Assembly: GCA_038247415.1 (NCBI GenBank)
Contig: JBBRUX010000003.1
Location: 32,001 to 96,000 of the forward strand
DNA length: 64,000 nt
Direction: 5' to 3'
From: Chitinivibrionales bacterium
GTDB taxonomy: Bacteria; Fibrobacterota; Chitinivibrionia; Chitinivibrionales; WJKA01
Positions 29,322-39,333 of the stretch are shown piece by piece (the stretch's first letter is position 1; the number at the start of each line of letters is the position of its first letter). The translations under genes were made by a program, and so were the position numbers. The notes beneath the pieces were generated by a model. That model did no database searches and was not told the DNA's origin. It saw nothing but the letters and a program-made list of their open reading frames with translations.

Positions 29322-31034
29322 GTGAGCGCTAAGCGGATTCTTCTCGTATATAGTGGCTATGAGCAGGGGTCGTGGGGGACCATTGCTTTTTCTAAGCCAG
29401 CACATTATTATGTAATGCCAGGCATTGTGTGTTGCGCAACTGCTTTGCAGCAGGATGCATGGTTTAGGGCAAATACCCAAATTTCCTATCTCTATTGCAA
29501 TGCTTCGGTTCAAACTCATCACGATATCTTTGCCGATATTACTACACCTATTATTGCCTCTACAGCGCTTCTTCCCTTAAGTGCAGAATGTGGGTTTGCC
29601 TACGTACTAGAAACAACCAGTGGCTGTCCCTATCGATGCATTTATTGTCAATTTGGCCATGCCAGTAATCGCATTCGTCAGTATCCCCGCGAAAAAACAA
29701 ATGCCGAAATAGCAACATTACTAGCGCAGGGAGCCGATTGCATTCACTTCGCCGATTCGGTTTTTGATGCAGATTTAAACCGGGCCAAGGACTTGTTAGA
29801 GCTTTATTGTAAGAACAATATCAGAACATCACTGTTTCTCTATTGTTCTTTTGTAAGGATCGACGAGGAAATTGCGCATCTTTATCAAAAATCTCAGGCG
29901 CAAATTTGTGTGGGTGTTCAAACAACCAATCCAACTGCACTGCAGACGATTAGGAGAAATCACGTGACTCGTTTATTTGCAGAAAGTGGGACCCTGCTGC
30001 GAACGATGAATGTTAATTTTTACACCGATCTTATTTTTGGATTGCCCCGTGATACCATGCACGATTTTAAGAAAACTTTCAATGATGTTCTTGGAATTAA
30101 GCCTGCTTTCCTTATGCCATTTCCGCTCGCCATTATTGCGGGGACTCCCTTGGCAGATATGGCAGATGATTTACAGGTGAAGCCAATTCCGGCAGAAGAT
30201 ATTGCATCGCTTCAACTTATGTGCGATATACGCTACGATAATATTGCGCTGAGTAAAGATTTTACACTCGAGCAGCTCGAGTCGTTTGACGACTCAACGC
30301 TTGCAGTTTTCTTTTTTTATAATCGATTTCGGTTGAGCCTTGATTATTTGGAATCACGGTGCGGGATAGATGGGTTTTCGCTGTACCGGGAAATTGGAAG
30401 GAAAACAAAAAAGTTTCTTGTGCATAAAGGGATTGTAGCAACAAATATGGTGTCAATTGATGGATTTCATAGTGAAATTTTTCAAATTTTTGTGCAGCAG
30501 CTGGCTCATCTCAATTGTTCACACAACGAACGCGATGCATTTGAAGAGCTTTTTAAAATTGATATTTTTCGAATTCTCATGCTCACCTCACCAGAGCGCA
30601 TAAAAAACTTTAAGGAACGCCAATTGCTTTTTGGAGAATTACAATCGGAGATTGCATGTACCGAGGAATTGGAAAAATTACACGTTTTTAAAAATACTTT
30701 TGGCAAAGTTATCCAAATTGGTTTTTCCTGGGACGATTTGCAGCGCCTTTCCAGTTTACAAGGTTCTATTATTCCTTGTAAAAGTAGTGTGTTTGTGCAT
30801 GCTCCTTACGAACAGTGGTCTGCACAGGTTGTTCCACTACGTAACCACCACGAAGATGCGATCGAGATTCTTGGTTCGACGAGGCCTCTTAAAATGTCTT
30901 CTTTTGTAAGGCAACTTTCACGGTCTATTAAAAATAGCTCTGGAGGATCCGAGGGATCAGCGCAATCATCGCTACGGTATCTATTCCAAAAAAAAATAGT
31001 TGGTGTTCGTAAACAAACCTCTGCGCTTGCGTAA
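29322..31034 (+). CDS. Radical SAM protein of the B12-binding class, with an apparently truncated cobalamin domain
   Basis: ETTSGCPYRCIYC (CxxxCxxC), FADSVF, VGVQT, DLIFGLP. Confidence 0.8.
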   Translation: MSAKRILLVYSGYEQGSWGTIAFSKPAHYYVMPGIVCCATALQQDAWFRANTQISYLYCNASVQTHHDIFADITTPIIASTALLPLSAECGFAYVLETTSGCPYRCIYCQFGHASNRIRQYPREKTNAEIATLLAQGADCIHFADSVFDADLNRAKDLLELYCKNNIRTSLFLYCSFVRIDEEIAHLYQKSQAQICVGVQTTNPTALQTIRRNHVTRLFAESGTLLRTMNVNFYTDLIFGLPRDTMHDFKKTFNDVLGIKPAFLMPFPLAIIAGTPLADMADDLQVKPIPAEDIASLQLMCDIRYDNIALSKDFTLEQLESFDDSTLAVFFFYNRFRLSLDYLESRCGIDGFSLYREIGRKTKKFLVHKGIVATNMVSIDGFHSEIFQIFVQQLAHLNCSHNERDAFEELFKIDIFRILMLTSPERIKNFKERQLLFGELQSEIACTEELEKLHVFKNTFGKVIQIGFSWDDLQRLSSLQGSIIPCKSSVFVHAPYEQWSAQVVPLRNHHEDAIEILGSTRPLKMSSFVRQLSRSIKNSSGGSEGSAQSSLRYLFQKKIVGVRKQTSALA

Positions 31035-31053
31035 AAATGGCTAAACACTCTCT

Positions 31054-34000
31054 ATGATTTACCAGCAAAACCTTCCCTATCTGCAGCAGCTTCCCGTGTA
31101 TAAGCACAAAGATGAAATTGTTGCAGCAATCCGGACTCATCAGGTAACCATTATCAGTGGGTCAACAGGAAGTGGAAAAACTACCCAGCTTCCGCTCATG
31201 TGTTTAGAAGCGCGGGGTGGATCTGATACTAGAATTGTTGTTACGCAGCCACGGCGGATTGCTGCAACGGCAATTGCAGAACGACTTGCATCACAACTTG
31301 GTGTGAACCTTGGTTCGTTTGTGGGGTATAGAACTCGATTTGATTTTAGGGAATCTAAAGAAACGTGTATCCGCTGTGTTACCGACGGAATTCTGCTCTC
31401 CGAAATCCATAAAGATCCCCTTTTTTGTAACTATGATTTCATAATGATCGATGAGGTTCATGAACGGAGCCTCAACATAGATTTCCTGCTTGGGTATCTC
31501 AGAAAAATTTTGCCGCAACGTCCTTCGTTAAAACTTATCATTTCTTCTGCTACTGCAGATACCCGTTTGTTTTCTTCGATTTTTGAGAATGCCCCTATCT
31601 ATGAGATTGCAGGGAATGTTTTCCCTATTTCGGTTTGGTACACCCCTCCCTCCGACGAATCAGATTATTTAACCGCTGTGCGCAGTGCAATTTATGACAT
31701 GGTCGATCTCATTGACAACGGTGACATTCTTGTGTTTTTGCCAACCGAGCGAGATATCATGGCTGTCATGAAACTTTTGCAAGGCGATCTACCTCGAAAT
31801 GCGGTTGTTCTCCCACTGTTTGCTCGCCTTCCGCGGCAGCAGCAACAGCTAGTTTTTGCTTCTCAATCGTTTCGCAAAATCATCCTTGCCACAAATGTTG
31901 CAGAAACATCGCTTACCATTCCGGGAATCGTTGGTGTAATCGACAGCGGAAGAGCCCGTGTCAAACATTATGCTCCTCATGCGCGCATTACACGATTACC
32001 CGTTGAGTTTGTTTCAAAAGCCAGTGCAGATCAGCGGAAGGGGAGATGTGGAAGAGTTTGCGAGGGGGTCTGTATTAGGCTTTATTCCGAATACGATTAT
32101 AGTGCTATGGATGCATTTACACCACCAGAAATATTCAGGAGTAATCTTTCCGATGTTATTTTGTCGATGACATCATTGCATCTTGGCAGAATAGATGCGT
32201 TTCCATTTCCCGAAATGCCACCTAAAAATGCTATTAGCGATGGCTATAAGCATCTGCGCGATTTAGGAGCTTTAACTAAACAGGATACGCTTACCGCATT
32301 AGGCACCGCTATGGCCCGTTTTCCGATAGATGCGTATATAAGCCGGATGATTGTTGCAGCGCAAGAGCTTGGGGTTGTGCGGGAAATACTCGTTATTACT
32401 TCGGCACTCTCGATTATTGATCCTCGGGTACGACCTTTGGGTAAGGAGTCTTTTGCGGATGCTGCACATAAAAAATGGATTGAGCCAGAGTCCGATTTTG
32501 TTTCGTTTTTACGCATGTGGGAAGATTATCATGCAGACGATGTTGGATCATCAACCTCACGCTTAAAAAAATATTGTGTCGAGAATTACCTTGCTTTTAT
32601 GCGAATGCGTGAGTGGGAGGATATTCACGAACAACTTTCCCGATGTGCGGGAATCAAAACCTTGGATAAAAGTATCCCGCTGCAAATAAAAAATACAGCA
32701 GATTTACATAAGGCACTTCTGTGCGGGTTAGTGAGTGGTATTGCTCAAAAGCAGGAGAATGGGCAGTATCGCCTTGTGAGGGGTGGCACAATGCAACTAT
32801 TTCCTGGATCGGCTCTGCATCGAAAAAAACCCGATTGGATAATGGTGAGTGAAATCGTTGAAACATCCAATGTATATGGGAGAATTGCTGCAAAAATCGA
32901 TCCTGTCTGGATTGAGGAAATGCTTCCTTATTTATGCAAAAAACATTATGGTGAACCGCGTTTTGATGTAACAACCCAGAGTGTAAAAGCTTTAGAGTAT
33001 ATAACGTTTTATGGATTGCCACTGAGTGCTGGCAAAAATGTGGAGTATGGTCCAATCGATTCAAATCGGGCTACCGATATATTTATTTCTGATGGCATTG
33101 TAGCTGCCGCCTTGACAACCCGATTTGCTTTTCTTGAAAATCTGTTGGCATTGCGCAAAAAAATATGCCGGTGTGAGGCCAAAATAAGGCAACCCGATCT
33201 TTTAATTGGCGAGATGCAGCAGTGTTCGTGGTTTGCAGAACGGCTTACCAATGTTTATTCTGTAAAAACCCTGCAAGCGGCACTTAAAGAAAAAGGGAGT
33301 GACCTTTTTTTAACAATGAGAGAATCTGAATTATTAGTACGAGAAATTCCGGCAAGCGTTGAGGGATTTCCAGATACTGTTACGATCGGGTGTGTTGCAT
33401 TTGCGGTCGATTATGTTTTTGCACCAGGGGAGACACTCGATGGTATTTATGTTAGAATTCCTCTTTCTGTCAACAAGTATATTCCCACCTTTATTTTTGA
33501 TTGGTGTATCCCAGGTATAAGGCGGGAACAAGTTTTTGAGGTTTTAACTTGCTTGCCCAAAGAAATCAGGAAATCTTTTTTTCCGCTTGAGCAGAGTGCC
33601 GATCGGATAGCAGCGGATCTGATTTTTTCACCAAAACCTATTATTGATGCTATTCTTCAACAGGTTATGAAAGAGGTTACCGAGAAAAATCCCCTTTCTT
33701 TAGATAGTATACTTTCACAGCATTTGAAGCCGGGAAGTTCGCTTGCTGCTGCAACACAACCATTTTTTTCCGAAGGATTTGAGAAGTATGCCTTGGGGTG
33801 TTTTGAAAATGCATATGGACAATTTAGGAAAAAGAACCTTTCGGAATGGAGTATTGAAGATTTACCAGAGTGTAGAGTATTGTTGGAATCGACACAGGGT
33901 TTTTCTTTATATGGATATCCAGCGCTACAAAGGCGGGATGGTGTGGTTGATTGTTGCCTTTTTTCGAACAAACGCGAATCTCTTGTGGAACATGAAAAAG

Positions 34001-34746
34001 GAGTTGCTGCATTGCTTCATCTCAATCTTGCAGCAGAACTCTCATGGTTCGAAAAGGAGCTTTCCGGTTCACAAGACTTAAAGATACTCGCTAAGCCCCA
34101 CGGGGGATTCGATCTTCTGCGCAGCAATCTTATCGCTATGATACATGCCCATTCAGAATGTGTGGATCGGCATATTCGTACCCAAAAAGATTTTTTGATC
34201 CTTTTAAGTCAACGCAAAAAGGAACTTGCTCTAGGGGGGAGAAAGGCAACAGACATTGCAGCGGAAATCCTTTCTACTGTAGGAAATCTTAAAAAAACTA
34301 TTCGTATTAAGCAATCTTTGGTTACAACCGCGCAACAAAAGAAGAGTGCTGCAGATTTGATGGAAAAGTGCGATTGGTATGGCACATGGCTTTTTGATCC
34401 TGGTCTTTCGATGCATTTTTTCATGCATATCCCTCGGTATATCCAGGCATTTTCTTTTAGAGTGGCCAAAGCTTTTGTAGATCCACTAAAATATGAGAAG
34501 AGGCTTATGGTTCTCATTCCCCTGTATGCACGGTTAGAATCATTCCGTGCGCGAAGCGCCCGCTATCCCCGAAATGGCGCATTTGTCCAGTATCTTATTG
34601 GATGCGAAGAGATGAATATCTCTCTTTTTGCACAACAAGAGGTGAAAACTGCGGCCACCATTTCCGAAAAAATCCTCGCAGATTTAGCTCAACGGGTTGA
34701 AGAAATGTTGCTTGAGTTGCGCAATCGGACTTCAAAGACTAATTAG
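31054..34746 (+). CDS. hrpA: ATP-dependent RNA helicase HrpA
   Basis: GSGKTTQLP, DEVHERS, SAT, TNVAETS, QRKGRCGR; 1230 aa. Confidence 0.95.
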   Translation: MIYQQNLPYLQQLPVYKHKDEIVAAIRTHQVTIISGSTGSGKTTQLPLMCLEARGGSDTRIVVTQPRRIAATAIAERLASQLGVNLGSFVGYRTRFDFRESKETCIRCVTDGILLSEIHKDPLFCNYDFIMIDEVHERSLNIDFLLGYLRKILPQRPSLKLIISSATADTRLFSSIFENAPIYEIAGNVFPISVWYTPPSDESDYLTAVRSAIYDMVDLIDNGDILVFLPTERDIMAVMKLLQGDLPRNAVVLPLFARLPRQQQQLVFASQSFRKIILATNVAETSLTIPGIVGVIDSGRARVKHYAPHARITRLPVEFVSKASADQRKGRCGRVCEGVCIRLYSEYDYSAMDAFTPPEIFRSNLSDVILSMTSLHLGRIDAFPFPEMPPKNAISDGYKHLRDLGALTKQDTLTALGTAMARFPIDAYISRMIVAAQELGVVREILVITSALSIIDPRVRPLGKESFADAAHKKWIEPESDFVSFLRMWEDYHADDVGSSTSRLKKYCVENYLAFMRMREWEDIHEQLSRCAGIKTLDKSIPLQIKNTADLHKALLCGLVSGIAQKQENGQYRLVRGGTMQLFPGSALHRKKPDWIMVSEIVETSNVYGRIAAKIDPVWIEEMLPYLCKKHYGEPRFDVTTQSVKALEYITFYGLPLSAGKNVEYGPIDSNRATDIFISDGIVAAALTTRFAFLENLLALRKKICRCEAKIRQPDLLIGEMQQCSWFAERLTNVYSVKTLQAALKEKGSDLFLTMRESELLVREIPASVEGFPDTVTIGCVAFAVDYVFAPGETLDGIYVRIPLSVNKYIPTFIFDWCIPGIRREQVFEVLTCLPKEIRKSFFPLEQSADRIAADLIFSPKPIIDAILQQVMKEVTEKNPLSLDSILSQHLKPGSSLAAATQPFFSEGFEKYALGCFENAYGQFRKKNLSEWSIEDLPECRVLLESTQGFSLYGYPALQRRDGVVDCCLFSNKRESLVEHEKGVAALLHLNLAAELSWFEKELSGSQDLKILAKPHGGFDLLRSNLIAMIHAHSECVDRHIRTQKDFLILLSQRKKELALGGRKATDIAAEILSTVGNLKKTIRIKQSLVTTAQQKKSAADLMEKCDWYGTWLFDPGLSMHFFMHIPRYIQAFSFRVAKAFVDPLKYEKRLMVLIPLYARLESFRARSARYPRNGAFVQYLIGCEEMNISLFAQQEVKTAATISEKILADLAQRVEEMLLELRNRTSKTN

Positions 34747-34934
34747 GCCGTCGCCTAACTCTTTGATTTGCAATCTGTTGCTCCTTAAGAACGTATCGCA
34801 ATTCATTTGGCCCTTTATTTACAAGGTAATTCTTGATTATTAGAATGTTGAGTGCTACACTTATGATTGTTCGCTAAAACACTCACAAGAGAATCATAAC
34901 GTTTTTTTATATACCTATTTTTAAGGAGGCTTGT

Positions 34935-36827
34935 ATGCGTAAACGGATTGCAGGGCTCATTGTTGCTAGTTTGTGTTTGCCGGCTCTGGCGTTTCATAAT
35001 TTCTCGATGACGCCGGATACCGTTGGAATCGGCGATTCAGTTACCATTTCAGGTGATTACGAGGCTATTGGAGATACCGCCGACATTTTTATGTTTATTG
35101 ATAGAAATAATAATGGAGTATTTGACAGTACCATAGACTTGAATCCTATGGAGGATAACGGAATGGCCGTTATAGATGGTGACACGTTGTCTACCGAATC
35201 AATTGATTCGTTGCGAGATGGTAAGTTTTATGCAAAGTTTGCTGCTACCAGTTTTCCGTTTAATATGCCCGGGAAATTAGTGATGATATTTACCGATAAG
35301 GCTATCGCAGATACTGCCTCTGTTTTTATTATAGAGAAGCCTACTAAGACTTTTGTAATGGGTAAAGTGACAGGTCCATCGGGTGGTTTGGCAGATTTGA
35401 TCATTTCTGCGTCATTTCAGTCTCAAAAGGGGTCCGCTAATATGACCTATTCGGAATGTATGACGAAAGCAGATGGATCGTATGTTCTGTATTTGGACAC
35501 GGGTAGTCGCGGGTCGAAAGCATATATTCGGGTTCGAGATGATCTCAACGTATTGCCCGATTCCTTATATGTTCCTTCTGGAATTGATACCATGCTCGTT
35601 GATTCTCTCAAAGAAATTAATTTTTCCTGCAAAGTAGTGCACGCCTACGCAAAAGGCTTGGTAGTGGATGAAAAAGGAATCCCCGTCGGTGGGGTAGAGC
35701 TACGCTTAAATGACCAAAATGAGGGTGATGGAATTGCTATGGTAACTGATTCGTTCGGGGTTTTTGTGACGGGGATTTATCCTGGATATTGGAATGTAAA
35801 TCTTGACAATAAAAATACTACGGGATTTCTTATTAAATCGAGAACTGGTTCTTTTATGGTTTCCGATACTACCGATACTGCGTATGTAAAGGTTTCTCTG
35901 TATAGGGCAACATCTTCTATACGGGGAAAAATTGTAGATCCTGATACTATTTTCGATCCAATCCAAGGATCTTTTCGTTTGTCTATTAATGCGTTTACCC
36001 GCACTACTTCAGATACAAATACCTATTTTGCATCGTCGCTCATTAATCAGGATAAATCTTTTTCAATTCCCTCTGCTGTTTCTCAGGATAGTGGGTATTC
36101 AATTTCATGTGGAACCTGGGGTAATTTCCCTAGCAATTACTACATTTTCCCGCCTAACCCTGTTTCCGATATGCGCTTAAAGCAAAGCCCTATTGGCAAA
36201 TATCTGGCAGGGTATGAAAATGTTCGAGCTGGCGCCGATTCAATCAATTTTTACCTTCGCAAAGGCGATGCTACAATCAGGGTTGCCTTGATTGATACTG
36301 TGGGAGATATCAAAGGCGCGACGGTTTTCTTTGTAGACACAGCAAACCACTTTTATATGATTCAATCTGATAACAATAATAAGGGAATGATAAGTCAAGC
36401 ACTGCCGGCAGGAAATTATGTGGTCGTGGCTATGGGATGGTCACAAACCGGTCAGCAGCAGGCAATGTTTGGGCCAATTGCCCTTGTTGATCAGGATACT
36501 ACCATTGAACTTACTCTTTCACCCGCAATGATGAGTTCGCATAAAGTAATTAATGCTAAAGGGCATGGCTTTGCTTTAGGTGTAACGACGCGTGGGGGTT
36601 TACGGTTTACAGTTGCAACTCCCATATCGGGACATGCTGTTTTGCGCATTTATTCAATGTCTGGGCGTTTAGTGCAAACGATGTTGGATAAAGATATCGG
36701 CGTTGGATCGAAGATGATTCCGGGGAGCGGTTTGCAGCTCAAAGCAGGAAATATGTATGTTGCTAAGCTGACTCTATCAGGACCACTTGATTATCAGAAA
36801 ACGCAGATGTTTACACTCGTCCCATAA
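34935..36827 (+). CDS. Secreted beta-rich protein with carboxypeptidase-regulatory-like repeats and a T9SS/FlgD-like C-terminal domain
   Basis: AAGGAGG ribosome-binding site, signal peptide, GKVTG/GLVVDEKGIPV repeats, C-terminal LRIYSMSGRLVQT...YVAKL. Confidence 0.7.
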   Translation: MRKRIAGLIVASLCLPALAFHNFSMTPDTVGIGDSVTISGDYEAIGDTADIFMFIDRNNNGVFDSTIDLNPMEDNGMAVIDGDTLSTESIDSLRDGKFYAKFAATSFPFNMPGKLVMIFTDKAIADTASVFIIEKPTKTFVMGKVTGPSGGLADLIISASFQSQKGSANMTYSECMTKADGSYVLYLDTGSRGSKAYIRVRDDLNVLPDSLYVPSGIDTMLVDSLKEINFSCKVVHAYAKGLVVDEKGIPVGGVELRLNDQNEGDGIAMVTDSFGVFVTGIYPGYWNVNLDNKNTTGFLIKSRTGSFMVSDTTDTAYVKVSLYRATSSIRGKIVDPDTIFDPIQGSFRLSINAFTRTTSDTNTYFASSLINQDKSFSIPSAVSQDSGYSISCGTWGNFPSNYYIFPPNPVSDMRLKQSPIGKYLAGYENVRAGADSINFYLRKGDATIRVALIDTVGDIKGATVFFVDTANHFYMIQSDNNNKGMISQALPAGNYVVVAMGWSQTGQQQAMFGPIALVDQDTTIELTLSPAMMSSHKVINAKGHGFALGVTTRGGLRFTVATPISGHAVLRIYSMSGRLVQTMLDKDIGVGSKMIPGSGLQLKAGNMYVAKLTLSGPLDYQKTQMFTLVP

Positions 36828-36855
36828 TTTTTTTTTCCTTTAGTTTCTTTTGTGG

Positions 36856-36889
36856 CGCGAATAGATACATTCTATTCGCGTTTTTTTTT
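36856..36889 (+). terminator. Rho-independent terminator
   Basis: CGCGAATAGA-tacat-TCTATTCGCG followed by T9. Confidence 0.85.
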
Positions 36890-36987
36890 CATAAAAAGAT
36901 ATCTTTTATTCTCATTGAGGGTGGTCGTGTCGTATTTTATAAGCGCACAACAGGATCTATCCTCATTTTAAAAAGGGGCTTAAAGGT

Positions 36988-37797
36988 ATGTCCACCGATT
37001 TTTTAACGATTGTTAAAGAGTTTACAAATGCACAGTTGCTTCACGAATTTTATACCAACAAAGATCAATATACCCCTGAATCTATTGGGGTCATGGAAAA
37101 AGAAATTGGGCTTCGTAGAATTAGTGATGAAGAAAAAAACACTTTCTTGGGTGCGCCCGAAGAAAACGAAAAGGAATATCTCAAAGATGATTTTGTAGCC
37201 TTCGACTACAGGTTTTCCAATACCGATATCGTGCTTGCGGGCGCAATTTGCAAAGATTGCGGAATTGTTTGTTATGTCAATAAGGCTGCCACCGATGTAT
37301 TAAACGTGGAGCCCACCGCCGATGTCGTATACACCCTCTATGTTCACAAAGAATTTATCGATAAAGCCCATGAAGCTCTTGATGAGCACTTCGAGAAAGA
37401 TGGTGGTTTGTATCGGTTACGAGAGCTACCGGTTGCCGATAAATTAAGGCTTATTAATTTTAATGAAATTTCGCTCTCCGCAGAGATTGAGCAGCACGAG
37501 TGTGAAGTATCATTTTCCTTAGAGGAGCAAGGCATTATTGCACGCTATGTGCGCAAGCTTATCGATGAGGTTGACACAGTAGAGCAATCTACCGGACGGC
37601 CTGTATTTTTTTATGATAATCTCGAAGATATCGAGAAGAAACTTTCTAAAAAGCCGCTTCAAAAACTATGCGTTGGAGACATACTCGCAATCATGGAAGT
37701 AATCCAAGTGTATTGCACCAAGCCAGATTTCCCCTCTGAAATGAACGAAACTATTACGGGATTGCTTGGGTTCTTGTCGATGATTGCAAAAGGGTAA
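36988..37797 (+). CDS. Hypothetical acidic protein
   Basis: 269-aa ORF with an AGGGG upstream; no motif recognised. Confidence 0.7.
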   Translation: MSTDFLTIVKEFTNAQLLHEFYTNKDQYTPESIGVMEKEIGLRRISDEEKNTFLGAPEENEKEYLKDDFVAFDYRFSNTDIVLAGAICKDCGIVCYVNKAATDVLNVEPTADVVYTLYVHKEFIDKAHEALDEHFEKDGGLYRLRELPVADKLRLINFNEISLSAEIEQHECEVSFSLEEQGIIARYVRKLIDEVDTVEQSTGRPVFFYDNLEDIEKKLSKKPLQKLCVGDILAIMEVIQVYCTKPDFPSEMNETITGLLGFLSMIAKG

Positions 37798-38920
37798 AGT
37801 GGGCACCTGTTGTGAAATCGTTATAGGTATGGGGGATAAGGGACGTAGGGATAAAAACAATATATCCCGCGCCATCGGGCGTGCGTGCGTATAAAGAAAT
37901 GGCAGCACAGTTGCAGGTGGCTTTCAATCCCGTAACAATGGTGTATGCTTCGCGCTGGAGTTTGTCGGATGTCTGCTTGTGGGTATCGTAGAATATGTCA
38001 AGTGTCCCGTTTTCTTTTTGTTGAATGGTTCGAACAGTACCAAACTTTTTAAGAAATATCCCTGCTGATACGGCACTTTTTCCCAGAAGTTTTTCCATGG
38101 CAATGCGTGTTTCGTGAGCCTTCTCCGGTTCTTGAGCGTCTTCATAGGCATTGATAAGACCCTGCCACGCTTCGATGTTGTTTTTGTTGAATGAAAGAGC
38201 GAGCTTGAAAAAACGGATCGCTTGCACTGTCTCGTTGCACGTTGTGGCCGAGTCGGAATATGAATCGGATTGGGAAGCCCGTGCTGGGTCGGGGCGTTGT
38301 TCCACGGGCTGTGAAAGAGGCTCCGCGCCTTTTGTAGGTTGAATTGATGGTTGCACAACAGAATGTAATGTTTTTTGTGTCGATTGAATTTCCAATGCCA
38401 AATCTGTTGGCGCTGTGGAATTGGGTTTAAGATTAAAAAGGGACGCGAAAAAAGCACACAGAGCTATCACCAATAATCCGCCCACCCAATAATACCACCT
38501 AAACTTCATCAATTGTTGAAATGGAGTAAAACGGATATCGGTGGGGGATTCTGAGAATGAAAGAGTTGGTTGAATCGAAGGTGTAGCGAGTTTAACGACG
38601 ACGGGGGCTTCTGGCATTGCGGGGACTTGTTCTGGTTGAGGAGTATCTGGTCTTTGTGGAGCAAGCGCATTGCCCTGAATTTTGTGGCTTTCTGGAAGGG
38701 ATGATTGGGCTATAGACGCAACAACCCCAAGTTTTTCTAATTGCCGCAGAGCAAAGCGGGCTTCATCGCCAGAAATACGGCGCATATAAATGATAGGGAG
38801 ATTTGTCAGCATCGATTGAGCTTTGGCCAATGGGATATTGGGATCGTGGGCAAGATGCCGGGCTAAAACAGGAAATGCTCGATTGTTATTGATTGCTGTA
38901 ATAATGACATCACATTGCAT
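37754..38920 (-). CDS. Hypothetical membrane protein (L7/L12-C-like N-terminus, Pro-rich linker, TM helix, TPR)
   Basis: IPLAKAQSMLTNLP...EARFALRQLEKLG; TM WYYWVGGLLVIAL; TPR AIRFFKLALSFNKNNIEAWQGL. Confidence 0.65.
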   Translation of the reverse strand: MQCDVIITAINNNRAFPVLARHLAHDPNIPLAKAQSMLTNLPIIYMRRISGDEARFALRQLEKLGVVASIAQSSLPESHKIQGNALAPQRPDTPQPEQVPAMPEAPVVVKLATPSIQPTLSFSESPTDIRFTPFQQLMKFRWYYWVGGLLVIALCAFFASLFNLKPNSTAPTDLALEIQSTQKTLHSVVQPSIQPTKGAEPLSQPVEQRPDPARASQSDSYSDSATTCNETVQAIRFFKLALSFNKNNIEAWQGLINAYEDAQEPEKAHETRIAMEKLLGKSAVSAGIFLKKFGTVRTIQQKENGTLDIFYDTHKQTSDKLQREAYTIVTGLKATCNCAAISLYARTPDGAGYIVFIPTSLIPHTYNDFTTGAHFTLLQSSTRTQAIP

Positions 38921-39111
38921 GAAAGGTCTCTTTGTGCGCTTTGATTGGCTGGGGTGGCATTTGGACGATGAACGAAGCTCCTCCTAAGTGTATAATAATT
39001 GCTCTAAATGAGGGAAACTATTCTCTGTATTGACAGCTTGTAGGGCACGATGCATTTTTAAAGACTTGTTTTGAAGATAGCTTTGGTATTTATCTGAAAG
39101 GACCTAGATGC

Positions 39112-39201
39112 ATGTCGAGCGTTAAGAAAAAAAGAAAAGCGAAAATTAATAGGCATAAACGCAAAAAACAACGTCGATTGAACCGTCACAAGAAATCGTA
39201 G
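39112..39201 (+). CDS. 30S ribosomal protein bS22 (AURKAIP1/COX24-domain small basic protein)
   Basis: MSSVKKKRKAKINRHKRKKQRRLNRHKKS, with AAGGA upstream and a terminator downstream; absent from the ORF track. Confidence 0.85.
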   Translation: MSSVKKKRKAKINRHKRKKQRRLNRHKKS

Positions 39202-39260
39202 TGCCGGCCAGATCAGCCTAGGTTGCCCAGGGCACATAGGTTTTATGGTTTTGATAGGCA

Positions 39261-39289
39261 AGGCGGATGGGAGTTTCCCGTCCGCTTTT
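39261..39289 (+). terminator. Rho-independent terminator after bS22
   Basis: AGGCGGATGGGA-gtt-TCCCGTCCGCTTTT. Confidence 0.75.
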
Positions 39290-39333
39290 AATTTGTAACA
39301 TCACGTTCGTTACGCTCCCTATGGGATTTTCTC

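Noticed and set aside
39043..39060. Sigma-54 promoter before bS22 (GGCACG)
   Set aside because: There is no GC at the -12 position; a sigma-70-like TTGACA lies nearby instead.
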